Below, in pieces: positions 1 through 9,086 of a stretch of DNA of 41,537 nucleotides. Numbering within the stretch: position 1 is the stretch's first letter; the number at the start of each line of letters is the position of its first letter. Made by a program: the position numbers and the translations under genes. Under the pieces are notes generated by a model. It saw only the letters and a program-made list of their open reading frames with translations, was not told the origin of the DNA and did not search any database. Source of the stretch: a virus (taxonomy: Duplodnaviria; Caudoviricetes); the IMG/VR virus record IMGVR_UViG_3300037104_000552, positions 1 to 41,537 of that record. One strand, 5' to 3'.

Positions 1-127
1 GAATGAACAACCCGGGAAAATACGGCATCCTGTAAGAGAACCCGAACCAAAAAACCGTAATGGCGGAGGCAACGGTGAAACACGAGCACCGGCTTCCGCC
101 ACATCAAATCAACAGGGGAAAGGAAAC
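1..127. repeat. Terminal direct repeat, copy 1 (assembly overlap showing circularity)
   Basis: Bases 1-127 are identical to 41411-41537. 127 nt is a common assembler k-mer length. Confidence 0.97.
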
Positions 128-748
128 ATCCCTCAACAGCCACATGACACCCCCTTCAGCGATGAAGGTTCAAAGAAAATATTAGAATATTTTAAAGGAA
201 AATTATCAAAAGACATTGTGGATTATGGTGAAAAAGTATCTGAAGGAACCGACTATGAGAAATTTTTGGATACGGGCGAAGATACACCTTTTGCGATAAT
301 GCAAGCATTATCAAGAAAAAACGAAAACCCCTCAATTATCGGATTTAAACAAATGTCTACAGAAAAAAGAGCGGAATATGAAAAAATGAATGAGAACGTA
401 GAGAACCTTATTGATGAAAGCCCGCCCCTTCCAGAAGGAGTTACTTTATGGAGGGGAATTATGGGCGGGGGTTGGAAAATAGAAGAAATGTATAGGAACG
501 TAAAAGAAGGAGATATCATTCAAGATGACGGATTTCAATCTCACTCATTAAATCCAAAAATCGCCGAAAGATTTGCAGGAATTGACAAAATAATTATCCG
601 AGCAATCACAAATTCGTCTACCAAAGGAATTTATTCCGACAAACACGGAGAAGAAGAAATAACCATCCAAAGAGGCACAAAATGGAAAGTTGTTGATAAT
701 AAGAAAATTGATCGGCATAATAATGTTATAACGGTGGTGTCAGCATGA
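2..748 (+). CDS. 3' part of the portal fusion gene: linker plus ADP-ribosyltransferase domain (VIP2/C3-like, R-S-E clade)
   Basis: The frame is open from base 2 (NEQPGKIRH...) and in phase with the portal frame starting at 39399. Motifs: TLWRG (R at 452-454), GFQSHS (539-547), GEEEITIQRGTKWKV (ExE at 650-658). Confidence 0.85.
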   Translation, partial: NEQPGKIRHPVREPEPKNRNGGGNGETRAPASATSNQQGKGNIPQQPHDTPFSDEGSKKILEYFKGKLSKDIVDYGEKVSEGTDYEKFLDTGEDTPFAIMQALSRKNENPSIIGFKQMSTEKRAEYEKMNENVENLIDESPPLPEGVTLWRGIMGGGWKIEEMYRNVKEGDIIQDDGFQSHSLNPKIAERFAGIDKIIIRAITNSSTKGIYSDKHGEEEITIQRGTKWKVVDNKKIDRHNNVITVVSA

Positions 749-1173
749 CAGAAAATAGATTCCAAGGACAATATTCAAAAGTAGGAAACGGGCTGGTTTC
801 TCCAAGCGACAAACGGCTTCTGCATCAAAGCAACAAAGAGATTAAAGTGTATCTTTCTGAGGGGCAATCGGCACCGGAAGGAAGGGGAGAACGTCAAGGA
901 TCTGGTGGAGGAAGGTATTATGTCACGAAAAAATACACACCTGCACCAGATATCAAAGGCGCTCAGAAGATGGTCAAGGTCTCCGGGAAAGGTATCGGGA
1001 TAGTGGCCGGTATCGTTGACGGGAAACTCATCGCAAAGCACACCAAGAACGAAGCTACCGCAGCGTTCATCAAGAAGGTGATCGCAGCCGGAGGGGATGA
1101 AGAGCATCCCGGGCAGTTCCTCGCGGCAATGAAAAAGATCGGAAAAGATATGGATCTGAACGTGAGCGCGTGA
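745..1173 (+). CDS. Hypothetical protein, coupled to the portal-ART gene and sharing a short motif with its linker
   Basis: ATGA overlap with the upstream stop. KVYLSEGQSAPEGRGERQGSGGGRYY resembles the portal linker RIYVKDIKDVPKGRSYKLGPRGGYYY. Confidence 0.75.
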   Translation: MTENRFQGQYSKVGNGLVSPSDKRLLHQSNKEIKVYLSEGQSAPEGRGERQGSGGGRYYVTKKYTPAPDIKGAQKMVKVSGKGIGIVAGIVDGKLIAKHTKNEATAAFIKKVIAAGGDEEHPGQFLAAMKKIGKDMDLNVSA

Positions 1174-1181
1174 AACGAATC

Positions 1182-1195
1182 CTTAATATCCTTTA
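1182..1195 (+). promoter_or_regulatory. Repeated promoter/operator motif CTTAATATCCTTTA, copy 1
   Basis: Exact copies lie on the - strand at 27657-27670 and 27958-27971. Contains a TATA-like TTAATAT. Confidence 0.6.
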
Positions 1196-1293
1196 ATCGC
1201 CCTCTTTTAAATCGGGATGATGGCGGGGGTTTCCCCACGGGGTTTTCAAATAATAATCCTCCAACCACATTCCTTATGCATAAGGAGTAAAGT

Positions 1294-2037
1294 ATGACCG
1301 ATACACAGACCATAATCACTATGGCGGTACTTTTCGCAGGCATTGTCTATGTGACTGCAATGTACATCTACCGCAAGGCAACCGCAGGAGAAACATTCAA
1401 CCTTGAGAGCTACGCCCAGACCTTCGGGTACGTGGCGATTGTCGCAATCGTGGCATACATCACGACCGGTGTTCTTCCGGATTTCAACGCGCTTCTGACC
1501 CAGATACTTGCATCGTTCCCGGACAGCGGAACCGTTCTCGCAGGGGTCAGCACGATTATTATCTACCTGTTCCACCAGGGTACGAAATCGGTATCTGCTA
1601 CGTCAACAACGAACGCCGCAGCAACGACTGCATCAACAACGAACGCCGCAGCAACGACCGCATCAACAACGAACGCCGCAGCAACGACTGCATCAACAAG
1701 CACCACGACATTTGACCCCGGGTTTACTGTCACCCCGACTTCCCTCTCCGTGAAATCCGGTACTGCAATTATCCTCAATGTGGTAACAGGTGTCGCCACC
1801 ACGACCCTGACAATCGACTGGCTTGACGGGGTTATCGAGACAATCCCGCTGACCGTTGCGAGCGCCGGCAAGGTCGCGTCTCCATCCCACACGTACACCT
1901 ACGTGCAGGGTGGCACCCAGTACACCGGCCACTCCTTCTATCCGAAGTTCACCGTGTCAAACGGCACCCAGTCGAATGTATTCAACGACGTGGCAAACGG
2001 GCAGGGAACAGCCTGCGCGATCCTTGTTTCAATCTAA
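1294..2037 (+). CDS. Membrane protein: about 3 N-terminal TM helices, Thr/Ala linker and a C-terminal PKD/Ig-like domain
   Basis: AAGGAG RBS, hydrophobic helices in aa 5-93, STTNAAATTA repeats, PKD-like IDWLDG...SHTY...FTVSN. Confidence 0.75.
   Translation: MTDTQTIITMAVLFAGIVYVTAMYIYRKATAGETFNLESYAQTFGYVAIVAIVAYITTGVLPDFNALLTQILASFPDSGTVLAGVSTIIIYLFHQGTKSVSATSTTNAAATTASTTNAAATTASTTNAAATTASTSTTTFDPGFTVTPTSLSVKSGTAIILNVVTGVATTTLTIDWLDGVIETIPLTVASAGKVASPSHTYTYVQGGTQYTGHSFYPKFTVSNGTQSNVFNDVANGQGTACAILVSI
1603..1699 (+). repeat. 30-bp tandem repeat (3 copies plus a partial) encoding STTNAAATTA
   Basis: Unit tcaacaacgaacgccgcagcaacgac(t/c)gca is repeated head to tail. Confidence 0.95.
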
Positions 2038-2132
2038 ATCTCCCCTTTTTTCGCAGCAAACCTTTATCACCACGCTCTTGTAATTCTTCCACAACTAAAA
2101 TGCACTTTCAGTAAAACAAGTGCATTGGAGTT

Positions 2133-2483
2133 GTGTACACAATGTTAATGCCATTCAAATCCGGGACAACATCCGGTACTACCACAGCAACGAACGTCAA
2201 TGCAGTCGTTGTCAATACCCAGGGGTGCGGCCCGCAGGGGAAACTCGTGGCACTGATCCAGAACCAGAACGGATCGAACACGATGTTTTACACGATCCTG
2301 GGGTATCCATTCGATTCCGGGGCGTCTGCCGGTCAAGCAGTAACCATCAAAGCGCAGACCTCGATTGCAGCGAGTGCCACAGTCACCAGTACGGATGTTG
2401 ACAAGAACTACGCGGCGGTTGTGATTCAGGTCCAGAACAACAGCGGCGCGTGTGCGTATCAGATCGACTGGGAAACCTACTGA
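2133..2483 (+). CDS. Small beta-rich hypothetical protein, possibly a virion component (start uncertain)
   Basis: GGAG just upstream, TTTAT promoter motif near 2060, first gene of the head operon. Confidence 0.65.
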   Translation: MYTMLMPFKSGTTSGTTTATNVNAVVVNTQGCGPQGKLVALIQNQNGSNTMFYTILGYPFDSGASAGQAVTIKAQTSIAASATVTSTDVDKNYAAVVIQVQNNSGACAYQIDWETY

Positions 2484-2494
2484 AGGCGGTGAGT

Positions 2495-4066
2495 ATGCCC
2501 TTTGGTCACTGGAAAGATTTTGCGGATTGCGTCTCTGATATCCGTGAGAAAAACCCCTCGTATTCAGAGGAACAGGTCCGGGCAACGTGTGGGAAACTGA
2601 AAGCGAACCTAGAGAAATGCACGAATCCGGACGCTGCGTATTCGGCAGTCGCTCGGGATCTCAAGAAGTCTGATGCCGGTAGCGTCGCTCCTATGACTGT
2701 CGATGTCGATAAGAAACACGGCAAAATGGAGATCAAAAAGTCGTGGAGTCATGAACTTCTCGACATCCTCAAATCTCCCCGCCGGGCTGAAATGACTTTC
2801 CATATCCCGATGGTTGATAAGGACAAGGAGATCATCACAGCCGGAGCGATGAACGACGCGATTGAGGATTACCGGAACTTCCCGATCATCAGCGAGTTTC
2901 ATAAGGAACGGCCTATCGGGATCGCTGAAAAAATATGGAGGACTACAGATGACGAGTTCAAGGCGCTGGTAAGGATCCGGGACGACCGGGCCACAGATGA
3001 TGTCTGGGAAAAGATCAACCTTCCTGCAGGTACTCCCGGGCGGTATGATCAGGTATCGATTGCAGGAAAACGGATTGTGTATAACGACCAGTGTAACGTC
3101 CCGCAGGCGCTCCGCAGGGCCGACAATCCCTGCCGGACGGAGAAGTTGCGGCTGGACAGTATCTCGGTCTGTGATGACCGCGCCCGAAACGAAGGAACGG
3201 AGTTCAACGTCGTTAAGGCAGAGTCGGAGGACGAGACCACATTCATTTACACAACCGCACTTGTGATAACTAAAGTGGAGGACAACTTAATTAAAGCAGA
3301 AACCACAGAATCTGAACTAATCCATCCGGTCACGGATGGCGCGAACCAAGCCGATGCAGCGCGGTCAAAAGGTACGATCGTCAATCCGCTGATCGAAACA
3401 GGCACGAAGAAATGTAAGAAATGTGACGGTGGTAAAATGCCGAAACCTAACGGAACACTTGAAATGAAAAAGACCTCTGACGAAGAGAAAGAGGAAGAGG
3501 GTCAGGGCCCGGTCGAAGAGACCGAGACCAAGAAAGGCCCGAAAGTAAAGAAGGGGAAAGCATACGAAGCTGACCCCGAAAAGCAGGTTGAAAAAGGCGA
3601 TGAGGAAGAGGAACACGAAGAGGCCGAAGGTCAGAAAGGCATCAGTGCCAAGATCGACCGCATGATCTCAATCCTTGAAAAACTCGTCGCTTCCGACAAG
3701 AAGGTCCACGCTACCGTGGAAAAGGGTGATCCTCCCGAAGAGGATGAAGCCGATAAGGAAGAGGAACACGAGAAGAAAAAGGAAGCCAAGAACGAGGAAC
3801 ACCGCGCTGAAAAAGAAGAGCGGAAAGAAGATGGCGTTCGGAAAGCCGCAATGGAACAGGACTTCCAGAAGGCGCTTACCGATGCAGTCGCTCCCCTTCA
3901 GGCGCAGATCAACGCTCTCACAGAGCAGGTACAGAAACTCGGTGACGAACCTCTCTACAAGTCCGGTCTCCTGATCACGAAGATCAAAGAAGATGGGACT
4001 CCCGAGATGGGTAACGCTGGAGCCCTTGCCTCACAGCGCAAGAAAAGCCAGCAGCAGAAGGTGTGA
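2495..4066 (+). CDS. Prohead protease (XkdF/HK97-like) fused to an acidic/coiled-coil scaffold
   Basis: GGTGAG RBS before ATG 2495. Protease pattern VDKDKEII...ISEFH...PIG...VWEKI...QVSIAG. Glu/Lys-rich C-terminus with a coiled coil, directly upstream of the capsid gene. Confidence 0.85.
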   Translation: MPFGHWKDFADCVSDIREKNPSYSEEQVRATCGKLKANLEKCTNPDAAYSAVARDLKKSDAGSVAPMTVDVDKKHGKMEIKKSWSHELLDILKSPRRAEMTFHIPMVDKDKEIITAGAMNDAIEDYRNFPIISEFHKERPIGIAEKIWRTTDDEFKALVRIRDDRATDDVWEKINLPAGTPGRYDQVSIAGKRIVYNDQCNVPQALRRADNPCRTEKLRLDSISVCDDRARNEGTEFNVVKAESEDETTFIYTTALVITKVEDNLIKAETTESELIHPVTDGANQADAARSKGTIVNPLIETGTKKCKKCDGGKMPKPNGTLEMKKTSDEEKEEEGQGPVEETETKKGPKVKKGKAYEADPEKQVEKGDEEEEHEEAEGQKGISAKIDRMISILEKLVASDKKVHATVEKGDPPEEDEADKEEEHEKKKEAKNEEHRAEKEERKEDGVRKAAMEQDFQKALTDAVAPLQAQINALTEQVQKLGDEPLYKSGLLITKIKEDGTPEMGNAGALASQRKKSQQQKV

Positions 4067-4068
4067 AA

Positions 4069-5520
4069 ATGGTATCACGAATCCGTAGAATGGATAATAA
4101 CATGATGGGGAACCTCCGTGGGAACTATCCTACGGGAATCATCGACTCGTTCGGTTCTGTCGGGATGAAAACCCCCTCCGATGTCCGAAACCTGATTCCG
4201 CTCGGGAGTGAAGCGAGCTATATCGGGGAAGCAATGTGGAAGAACATACCCGAAGGGTCTCCGGTCACTCAGAGGATGCTTGTCGATCAGCGCAATCGCT
4301 TCCTTGAAGCGAGCACTCCGAACTCCCCGCTGAATTTCCTCCCGCTGCTTCCACAGATCGATGACGCCCTGATAAAGTCCGTTATCGACGGATTCCCCGA
4401 TGGAGATGTCCGTGTCCGTGGAGATCACGAACAGTACTACCGTTCAGAAGCCGTCACCAAGGCGCTTGAAGTCGATCACGAACGGTTCTGTGACGAGGTT
4501 TCAAAAGCCGTCTGGGAAGAGATGGTCGACGGGTGCGAGTTCAAGAAAGCAATGACAACCGCATCAAACCTGATGCACGTTATCGCCGATCAGGACGTAA
4601 CGTACCTGTACAAGCGTCCGTATCCGTTCCAGGCTCTTATCCCCTCGGAAGCCAACAAGGGTAAGACCGCGAACTTCGATATCGTAGGTCCGTGGGATCT
4701 GCCCGGTGCCGGTCCCGGTACTGAGGATCAGATGTTCACAGAAGGCGACCCCTCACCGTACAACCGTTCGCAGTACATCAAGTACCTGTATGCGGTCTAC
4801 CGTGTGACCATGGCAGTCCAGCTTGCCGGTCTCGCACAGTTCCCGGCTCGTGACATGCTTGCGATCCGTATCGACATGGCACAGGACGCTCTCCGGAGTC
4901 TCCGTGAACGTATGATGATCGGTGTCAACTACTCGCCTACGGATACCTCAATGGCGTTCCGGTCGGCAGTTGGTTCTACCTCCGTCGCATACAACGGTAT
5001 CTACCAGATCATTCAGGCCAACACCAAGACGGCCGGCAGCGGCGCGAACTGGGTAACTTCCGGTGGCCCAAGCTACGACCAGATCAACAAGGATCTCGAT
5101 ACCTCGTATCAGGCAATGGCAAAGTACGGGTTCCAGCCCAACATCGCGTTCTGCGACTACCAGACCTTCGGTATCTACCGGCGCGGTCTCTGGGAAAAAT
5201 TCCGTACCGGCCCCATCACTGAAATCACGTCCGGTATCACCAAGATCGAACTGACCTTCCCGAACGCTGGCGGCCTCGCAATGATCCCGCACCCGTTCCT
5301 CCCGGTCAGCATCAGCGGCTCATCTGTCGGCTGCATCATACTTCTCGACAGCCGGCTGCTCGCAAGGAGAATACTCTGGCAGGATATGAACACCCAGCTC
5401 GCCCAGATCAACCTCTCGCAGAAAGGAGTACTCTCCGCTGCCGAGACCATGGTTGACAAGTCCGATGTGGACGCCGCAAGCTCGCTTCAGGGCGGCGTGT
5501 TCGGTATCGCTCTTCCGTGA
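4069..5520 (+). CDS. Major capsid protein (HK97 fold) with an N-terminal propeptide of about 160 aa
   Basis: Follows the protease and has the expected size. YPFQALIP, LRERMMIG, YNGI and PNIAFCD...IPHPFLP segments are typical of HK97-like MCPs. Start could be 4063 or 4069. Confidence 0.85.
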   Translation: MVSRIRRMDNNMMGNLRGNYPTGIIDSFGSVGMKTPSDVRNLIPLGSEASYIGEAMWKNIPEGSPVTQRMLVDQRNRFLEASTPNSPLNFLPLLPQIDDALIKSVIDGFPDGDVRVRGDHEQYYRSEAVTKALEVDHERFCDEVSKAVWEEMVDGCEFKKAMTTASNLMHVIADQDVTYLYKRPYPFQALIPSEANKGKTANFDIVGPWDLPGAGPGTEDQMFTEGDPSPYNRSQYIKYLYAVYRVTMAVQLAGLAQFPARDMLAIRIDMAQDALRSLRERMMIGVNYSPTDTSMAFRSAVGSTSVAYNGIYQIIQANTKTAGSGANWVTSGGPSYDQINKDLDTSYQAMAKYGFQPNIAFCDYQTFGIYRRGLWEKFRTGPITEITSGITKIELTFPNAGGLAMIPHPFLPVSISGSSVGCIILLDSRLLARRILWQDMNTQLAQINLSQKGVLSAAETMVDKSDVDAASSLQGGVFGIALP

Positions 5521-5532
5521 GGTGAAAAGAAA

Positions 5533-6054
5533 ATGGCAGCAGCAAACATCGCAAAAACAGTGTTCAACTACAATGGTAGTATCCCCGTTGTGTTCTCACT
5601 CACCAAAGTAACGCAGGCGGACTGGTCGGTCTTCGGTGACTATCCCGGAGTGATGTGTTTATGTGCGAACATGTATACTGGAGCACTTGTCGGTACTCTG
5701 AGCTATGGGGTAGCGACCATCCTCTCCGGTTCATCGTATACCGCGACCACGACCACGATCCAGGTCACGTCAGCAACGATCACCCGTGTAGCCCCGTACT
5801 ACATCCTGACAACTTCGGGAGAGATCATGATGGTACTGAGTGAGACCGCAGCCGGCAACGCCGCGTCCACCCTGACCGTCAAGCGGGGATGTCTCGGGAC
5901 CACGGCGTCAGCGACCGGTGTAGCGTCAACGAATACAGTCTACATCATGAACATCGTGGTCTGGGGCGACGCAACAACCGGATTCCTTACCGGGACGTTC
6001 CTGCCAATGCCGGAGTCTCCTGACGCTTCACTGCTCGGGACCACAGGGAACTAG
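5533..6054 (+). CDS. Putative capsid decoration/structural protein
   Basis: GAGGTGA RBS, directly after the MCP, Thr-rich beta protein with EIMMV...LTVKRG motif. Confidence 0.6.
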   Translation: MAAANIAKTVFNYNGSIPVVFSLTKVTQADWSVFGDYPGVMCLCANMYTGALVGTLSYGVATILSGSSYTATTTTIQVTSATITRVAPYYILTTSGEIMMVLSETAAGNAASTLTVKRGCLGTTASATGVASTNTVYIMNIVVWGDATTGFLTGTFLPMPESPDASLLGTTGN

Positions 6055-6067
6055 AGAGGTGTCATAA

Positions 6068-6691
6068 ATGGCCCTCTCTCTCCCTGCAAAACTGGGTATA
6101 TCCCGTGTTGATGGCGATAACGTCCGGCCCGCTGTAATCGCGGATATCTGTTACTTCCGGGGCAGCGGCAACCCAACCGGCGCAGTAACCCCGAATCAGG
6201 CCGGCGACTGGTATACCGATATTACCAACGGGTTTGAATGGCTGGCAACCGGCAGCACCTCGTCAAACTGGTCGCTGGTCAGTAACGGCAGCCCGATTGT
6301 GATGACGGCAAACGTTACCATCCCTCTGGCATCCATTGTCGCAGGGAACGTAACGATTGTCCCTGCAATCTCCGGCCATACGGTCACGCCGGTCTACTGG
6401 AAAGTTATCATTGCCGGTACGCTCGGGGGTAGCGGCTCGTTTATCCTTCAGGATACCGCAGGCTCACCCGTCAACATCATGACGGCAACCTACGCAGCGC
6501 AGGGCAATTTCCTTGCGATGGGTAGCGGGTTTACCGCGTACAACTCCGATGGAGCCACCCTTGCCGGCGTAACGTTCGGAGCGGGTATGAGCGCCGCGCT
6601 GACCGCCTCGTGCGGTATTGTCGCCGCACAAATGGCAAGTCTGACCACGATTACCGGATATCAGGTTATCGTCCAGTATATCGTCAAGTAA
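6068..6691 (+). CDS. Putative virion structural protein (head fibre/decoration-like)
   Basis: GAGGTG RBS. GSGNPTGAVTPNQAGDWYTD is a motif common in phage fibre proteins. Confidence 0.6.
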   Translation: MALSLPAKLGISRVDGDNVRPAVIADICYFRGSGNPTGAVTPNQAGDWYTDITNGFEWLATGSTSSNWSLVSNGSPIVMTANVTIPLASIVAGNVTIVPAISGHTVTPVYWKVIIAGTLGGSGSFILQDTAGSPVNIMTATYAAQGNFLAMGSGFTAYNSDGATLAGVTFGAGMSAALTASCGIVAAQMASLTTITGYQVIVQYIVK

Positions 6692-6739
6692 CCCCAAAAC
6701 ACAACCTTTTTTAATTACCTTCAACCCATTAAATGATAT

Positions 6740-7111
6740 ATGAAAGTCAACCTGAACATTTTGGAACGAGTTGTCATTATGAACATCCTGCCGCGCACAG
6801 GATCGTTTGTCAACGTCCGGGCCGCAAAGAACACCACAAAGATCCTGTCGATCTCCAAGGAGGAAGAGAAAGAGATCGAGCTTGCCCGGAACGGCTCTAC
6901 AACCACATGGAACGATGAAGGTACTAAACCGAAAGAGTTTGAGCTGCCTCCCTCTTCGGTCAAGATCATCCGCGACGCGCTTAAGGATCTGGACGCCAAA
7001 GGACAGTTGCCAGTCGATGCAGTAAGCACCTACGAGACGTTCCTGCTCAAAGATGTCGCAGCCGCAGACCTTGACAAAGAAGTCGAGGAAGCAGCCGCGA
7101 ACCCTGCATAA
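6740..7111 (+). CDS. Hypothetical protein
   Basis: 123-aa ORF with protein-like composition after a T-rich intergenic segment. Confidence 0.7.
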   Translation: MKVNLNILERVVIMNILPRTGSFVNVRAAKNTTKILSISKEEEKEIELARNGSTTTWNDEGTKPKEFELPPSSVKIIRDALKDLDAKGQLPVDAVSTYETFLLKDVAAADLDKEVEEAAANPA

Positions 7112-7144
7112 CCTTTATCATCTCTCTTTTTTCAATTATCCTTC

Positions 7145-8230
7145 ATGACAGCGGCAAGCTCATATGGATTATCACATACTGACGTCGAGCAGTTTACCGG
7201 CATGGCATATACCGATATGATGATCAACGGTCAGCAGATGGAATCGACCGACTGGATCTCGTTCTGCACCACCTACATTGAAGTCATCGCGCAGGTCGTC
7301 CACCGGTACTGTAACGTCCCGACATTCGACCCGGGCCAGCCGGAAGCACTCATTACCGAGTACCGGAGTGGCCGGGGCCCTACGGACGACTGGGACTTCC
7401 CGTCTCAGTACCTCCCGAGCGATTACCAGTACTATCTCCGCGACCTGTACTACCCGGGCGGCACGGTCAACGGCAGCACCCTCACGGGGCTTCTCGTCTA
7501 TGAAGATGTGGGTGGGAAGACCAATCCCCCAGAGTGGGTACTGAGGAAATCCCGGTTGTCCGGCGCGACTCCTGAAGTTGACGCGATCCTTGTCACGAAC
7601 GGGCCGGCATCGAGCGGAACCATTCAGATCACAGTCAATAATTCCACCACGGCAAACGTTTCAGTTACCGCAGGGCAGACCATCGCGCAGGTATGCGCTG
7701 CGATTGTCGCTGTCGGCCCAAAGACTGATTCCAACGGGTATGTGTGGACTCCAACCACGGATGGCGTACAATACGTTTGGTGGACCTGCAACACGGCAGC
7801 GAATGTCAATATGATCCAGGTCAACGTCCAGAGTACCGGGGTGGTGTGCAACCCGTACGTCCAGACCCAGGGATCGGCCGGCTCGGGCGGGGATTACGAG
7901 GTCATCACCAAGAAAGAGATGACGCTGTTATCGTTTTACAACAACATCCCGGCCCCGGGAGAGAACAACGTCAAACTGATCTACTATACCGGGTACGACC
8001 CGTCAAGCAAGCCCTACGCAGAGATCAAGTTTGAGATCCTGCGTTGTTTCAAGAACCTAATCCTTGCGAAGAAAAATGTACAGGCTATCGCAGTCGTTAC
8101 CGCGAGTGGGTCAAGGGATTATCAGGCGATGACCAATCAGTATTCAGAGGCGCAAATCCTCTCCCATATGGAACAGAGCACTCTCATGAAATATAAGCGG
8201 CTTTCGTTAGCAGGCCCGATGTACGACTAG
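7145..8230 (+). CDS. Putative head-tail adaptor (gp6/gp15-like) with an inserted beta domain
   Basis: IAQVVHRYCNVPTF near the N-terminus and NVKLIYYTGY...EIK...LMKYKR at the C-terminus are adaptor-like. Position fits. Confidence 0.65.
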   Translation: MTAASSYGLSHTDVEQFTGMAYTDMMINGQQMESTDWISFCTTYIEVIAQVVHRYCNVPTFDPGQPEALITEYRSGRGPTDDWDFPSQYLPSDYQYYLRDLYYPGGTVNGSTLTGLLVYEDVGGKTNPPEWVLRKSRLSGATPEVDAILVTNGPASSGTIQITVNNSTTANVSVTAGQTIAQVCAAIVAVGPKTDSNGYVWTPTTDGVQYVWWTCNTAANVNMIQVNVQSTGVVCNPYVQTQGSAGSGGDYEVITKKEMTLLSFYNNIPAPGENNVKLIYYTGYDPSSKPYAEIKFEILRCFKNLILAKKNVQAIAVVTASGSRDYQAMTNQYSEAQILSHMEQSTLMKYKRLSLAGPMYD

Positions 8231-8238
8231 AGGCAGTC

Positions 8239-8913
8239 ATGGTCACGCGGCGCACGATGGGGATAATCCTCTATTATTCTGTTCCCTATATCCGGGAGAA
8301 CCTGTCGAGCCTTGACTTCCTCAACAATCACGTCCAGAAAATTGATGGAAAAGTTCCCTTCTTTGATGATATGCAAGGATTCCTCGCGGCAGATCCAGCT
8401 CAAAAGAAATGGGTCGAGAAGCGTCCGACAATCCATATGAAAGACCAGTGGAGGGTTGATGTGAGCGCGAAGGGGGATACCGGGTACGTGTATTTGACCA
8501 ACGATAAGAAAACCGCTGATGGCAAATGGATTGTCGCGGATCTCCTCTGGTATGGTACCGGCCCTTACCGCATCAGCGAACCGACCACGTACAAGCAGGC
8601 ACTCGTATCCGCAGTACCGGGCGTGGGGCAGACTCAGTACCCCTCTCTCAAGCAGTGGAGGAAGTACAGGGCCCCGGAGCCGGAAGTCCAGGGGCATGAG
8701 ACAAAAGGTATGTTTTTCTATAATCGGTATACCGGTCACTTCAATTACAACCGGAAGTCACGGCTCGGGATCAGGGACGCAATCGTGACCAGCTTCCACG
8801 AGTATATTCTGCTCTGCGTGGAGAACGGGATCCGGAACGCGATCACGATGATGGAAAGGGAAGGTATTTTACGTGTCCATATCAAGGATGTTCATGTGAG
8901 CGTGAGTAAATGA
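8239..8913 (+). CDS. Putative neck/tail-completion protein
   Basis: Lies between the adaptor and the terminator-like gene. Basic protein with a LWYGTGPY motif. Start uncertain. Confidence 0.5.
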   Translation: MVTRRTMGIILYYSVPYIRENLSSLDFLNNHVQKIDGKVPFFDDMQGFLAADPAQKKWVEKRPTIHMKDQWRVDVSAKGDTGYVYLTNDKKTADGKWIVADLLWYGTGPYRISEPTTYKQALVSAVPGVGQTQYPSLKQWRKYRAPEPEVQGHETKGMFFYNRYTGHFNYNRKSRLGIRDAIVTSFHEYILLCVENGIRNAITMMEREGILRVHIKDVHVSVSK

Positions 8914-9086
8914 GCGATAAAGTAATCATCTGGTACCCGGTGGATTCCTGCGAGACGTGCCATTTCAGCCAGCGGGAACAGTACGGGAAGTTCCGGTGCA
9001 AAGAGGATACAAACGTCGAGTTCCAGCAGAATAAGGATATGGGAGTCCCGGCAGACTGCCCATTCCGGAAGAGGGAATTGCCATGA
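8910..9086 (+). CDS. 58-aa Cys-rich protein (CxxC...C...CPF), not in the ORF track
   Basis: MSDKVIIWYPVDSCETCHF...RCKE...DCPFRKRELP, with ATGA overlaps at both ends. Confidence 0.7.
   Translation: MSDKVIIWYPVDSCETCHFSQREQYGKFRCKEDTNVEFQQNKDMGVPADCPFRKRELP

Noticed and set aside
1-127. Biological terminal repeat of the virion DNA
   Set aside because: The length equals a common assembly k-mer and it falls mid-gene, so it is best read as a circular-assembly overlap.
218-748. Stand-alone 176-aa ART gene as given in the ORF track
   Set aside because: No RBS before the GTG, and the frame is open upstream and continuous with the portal. An internal start cannot be fully excluded.
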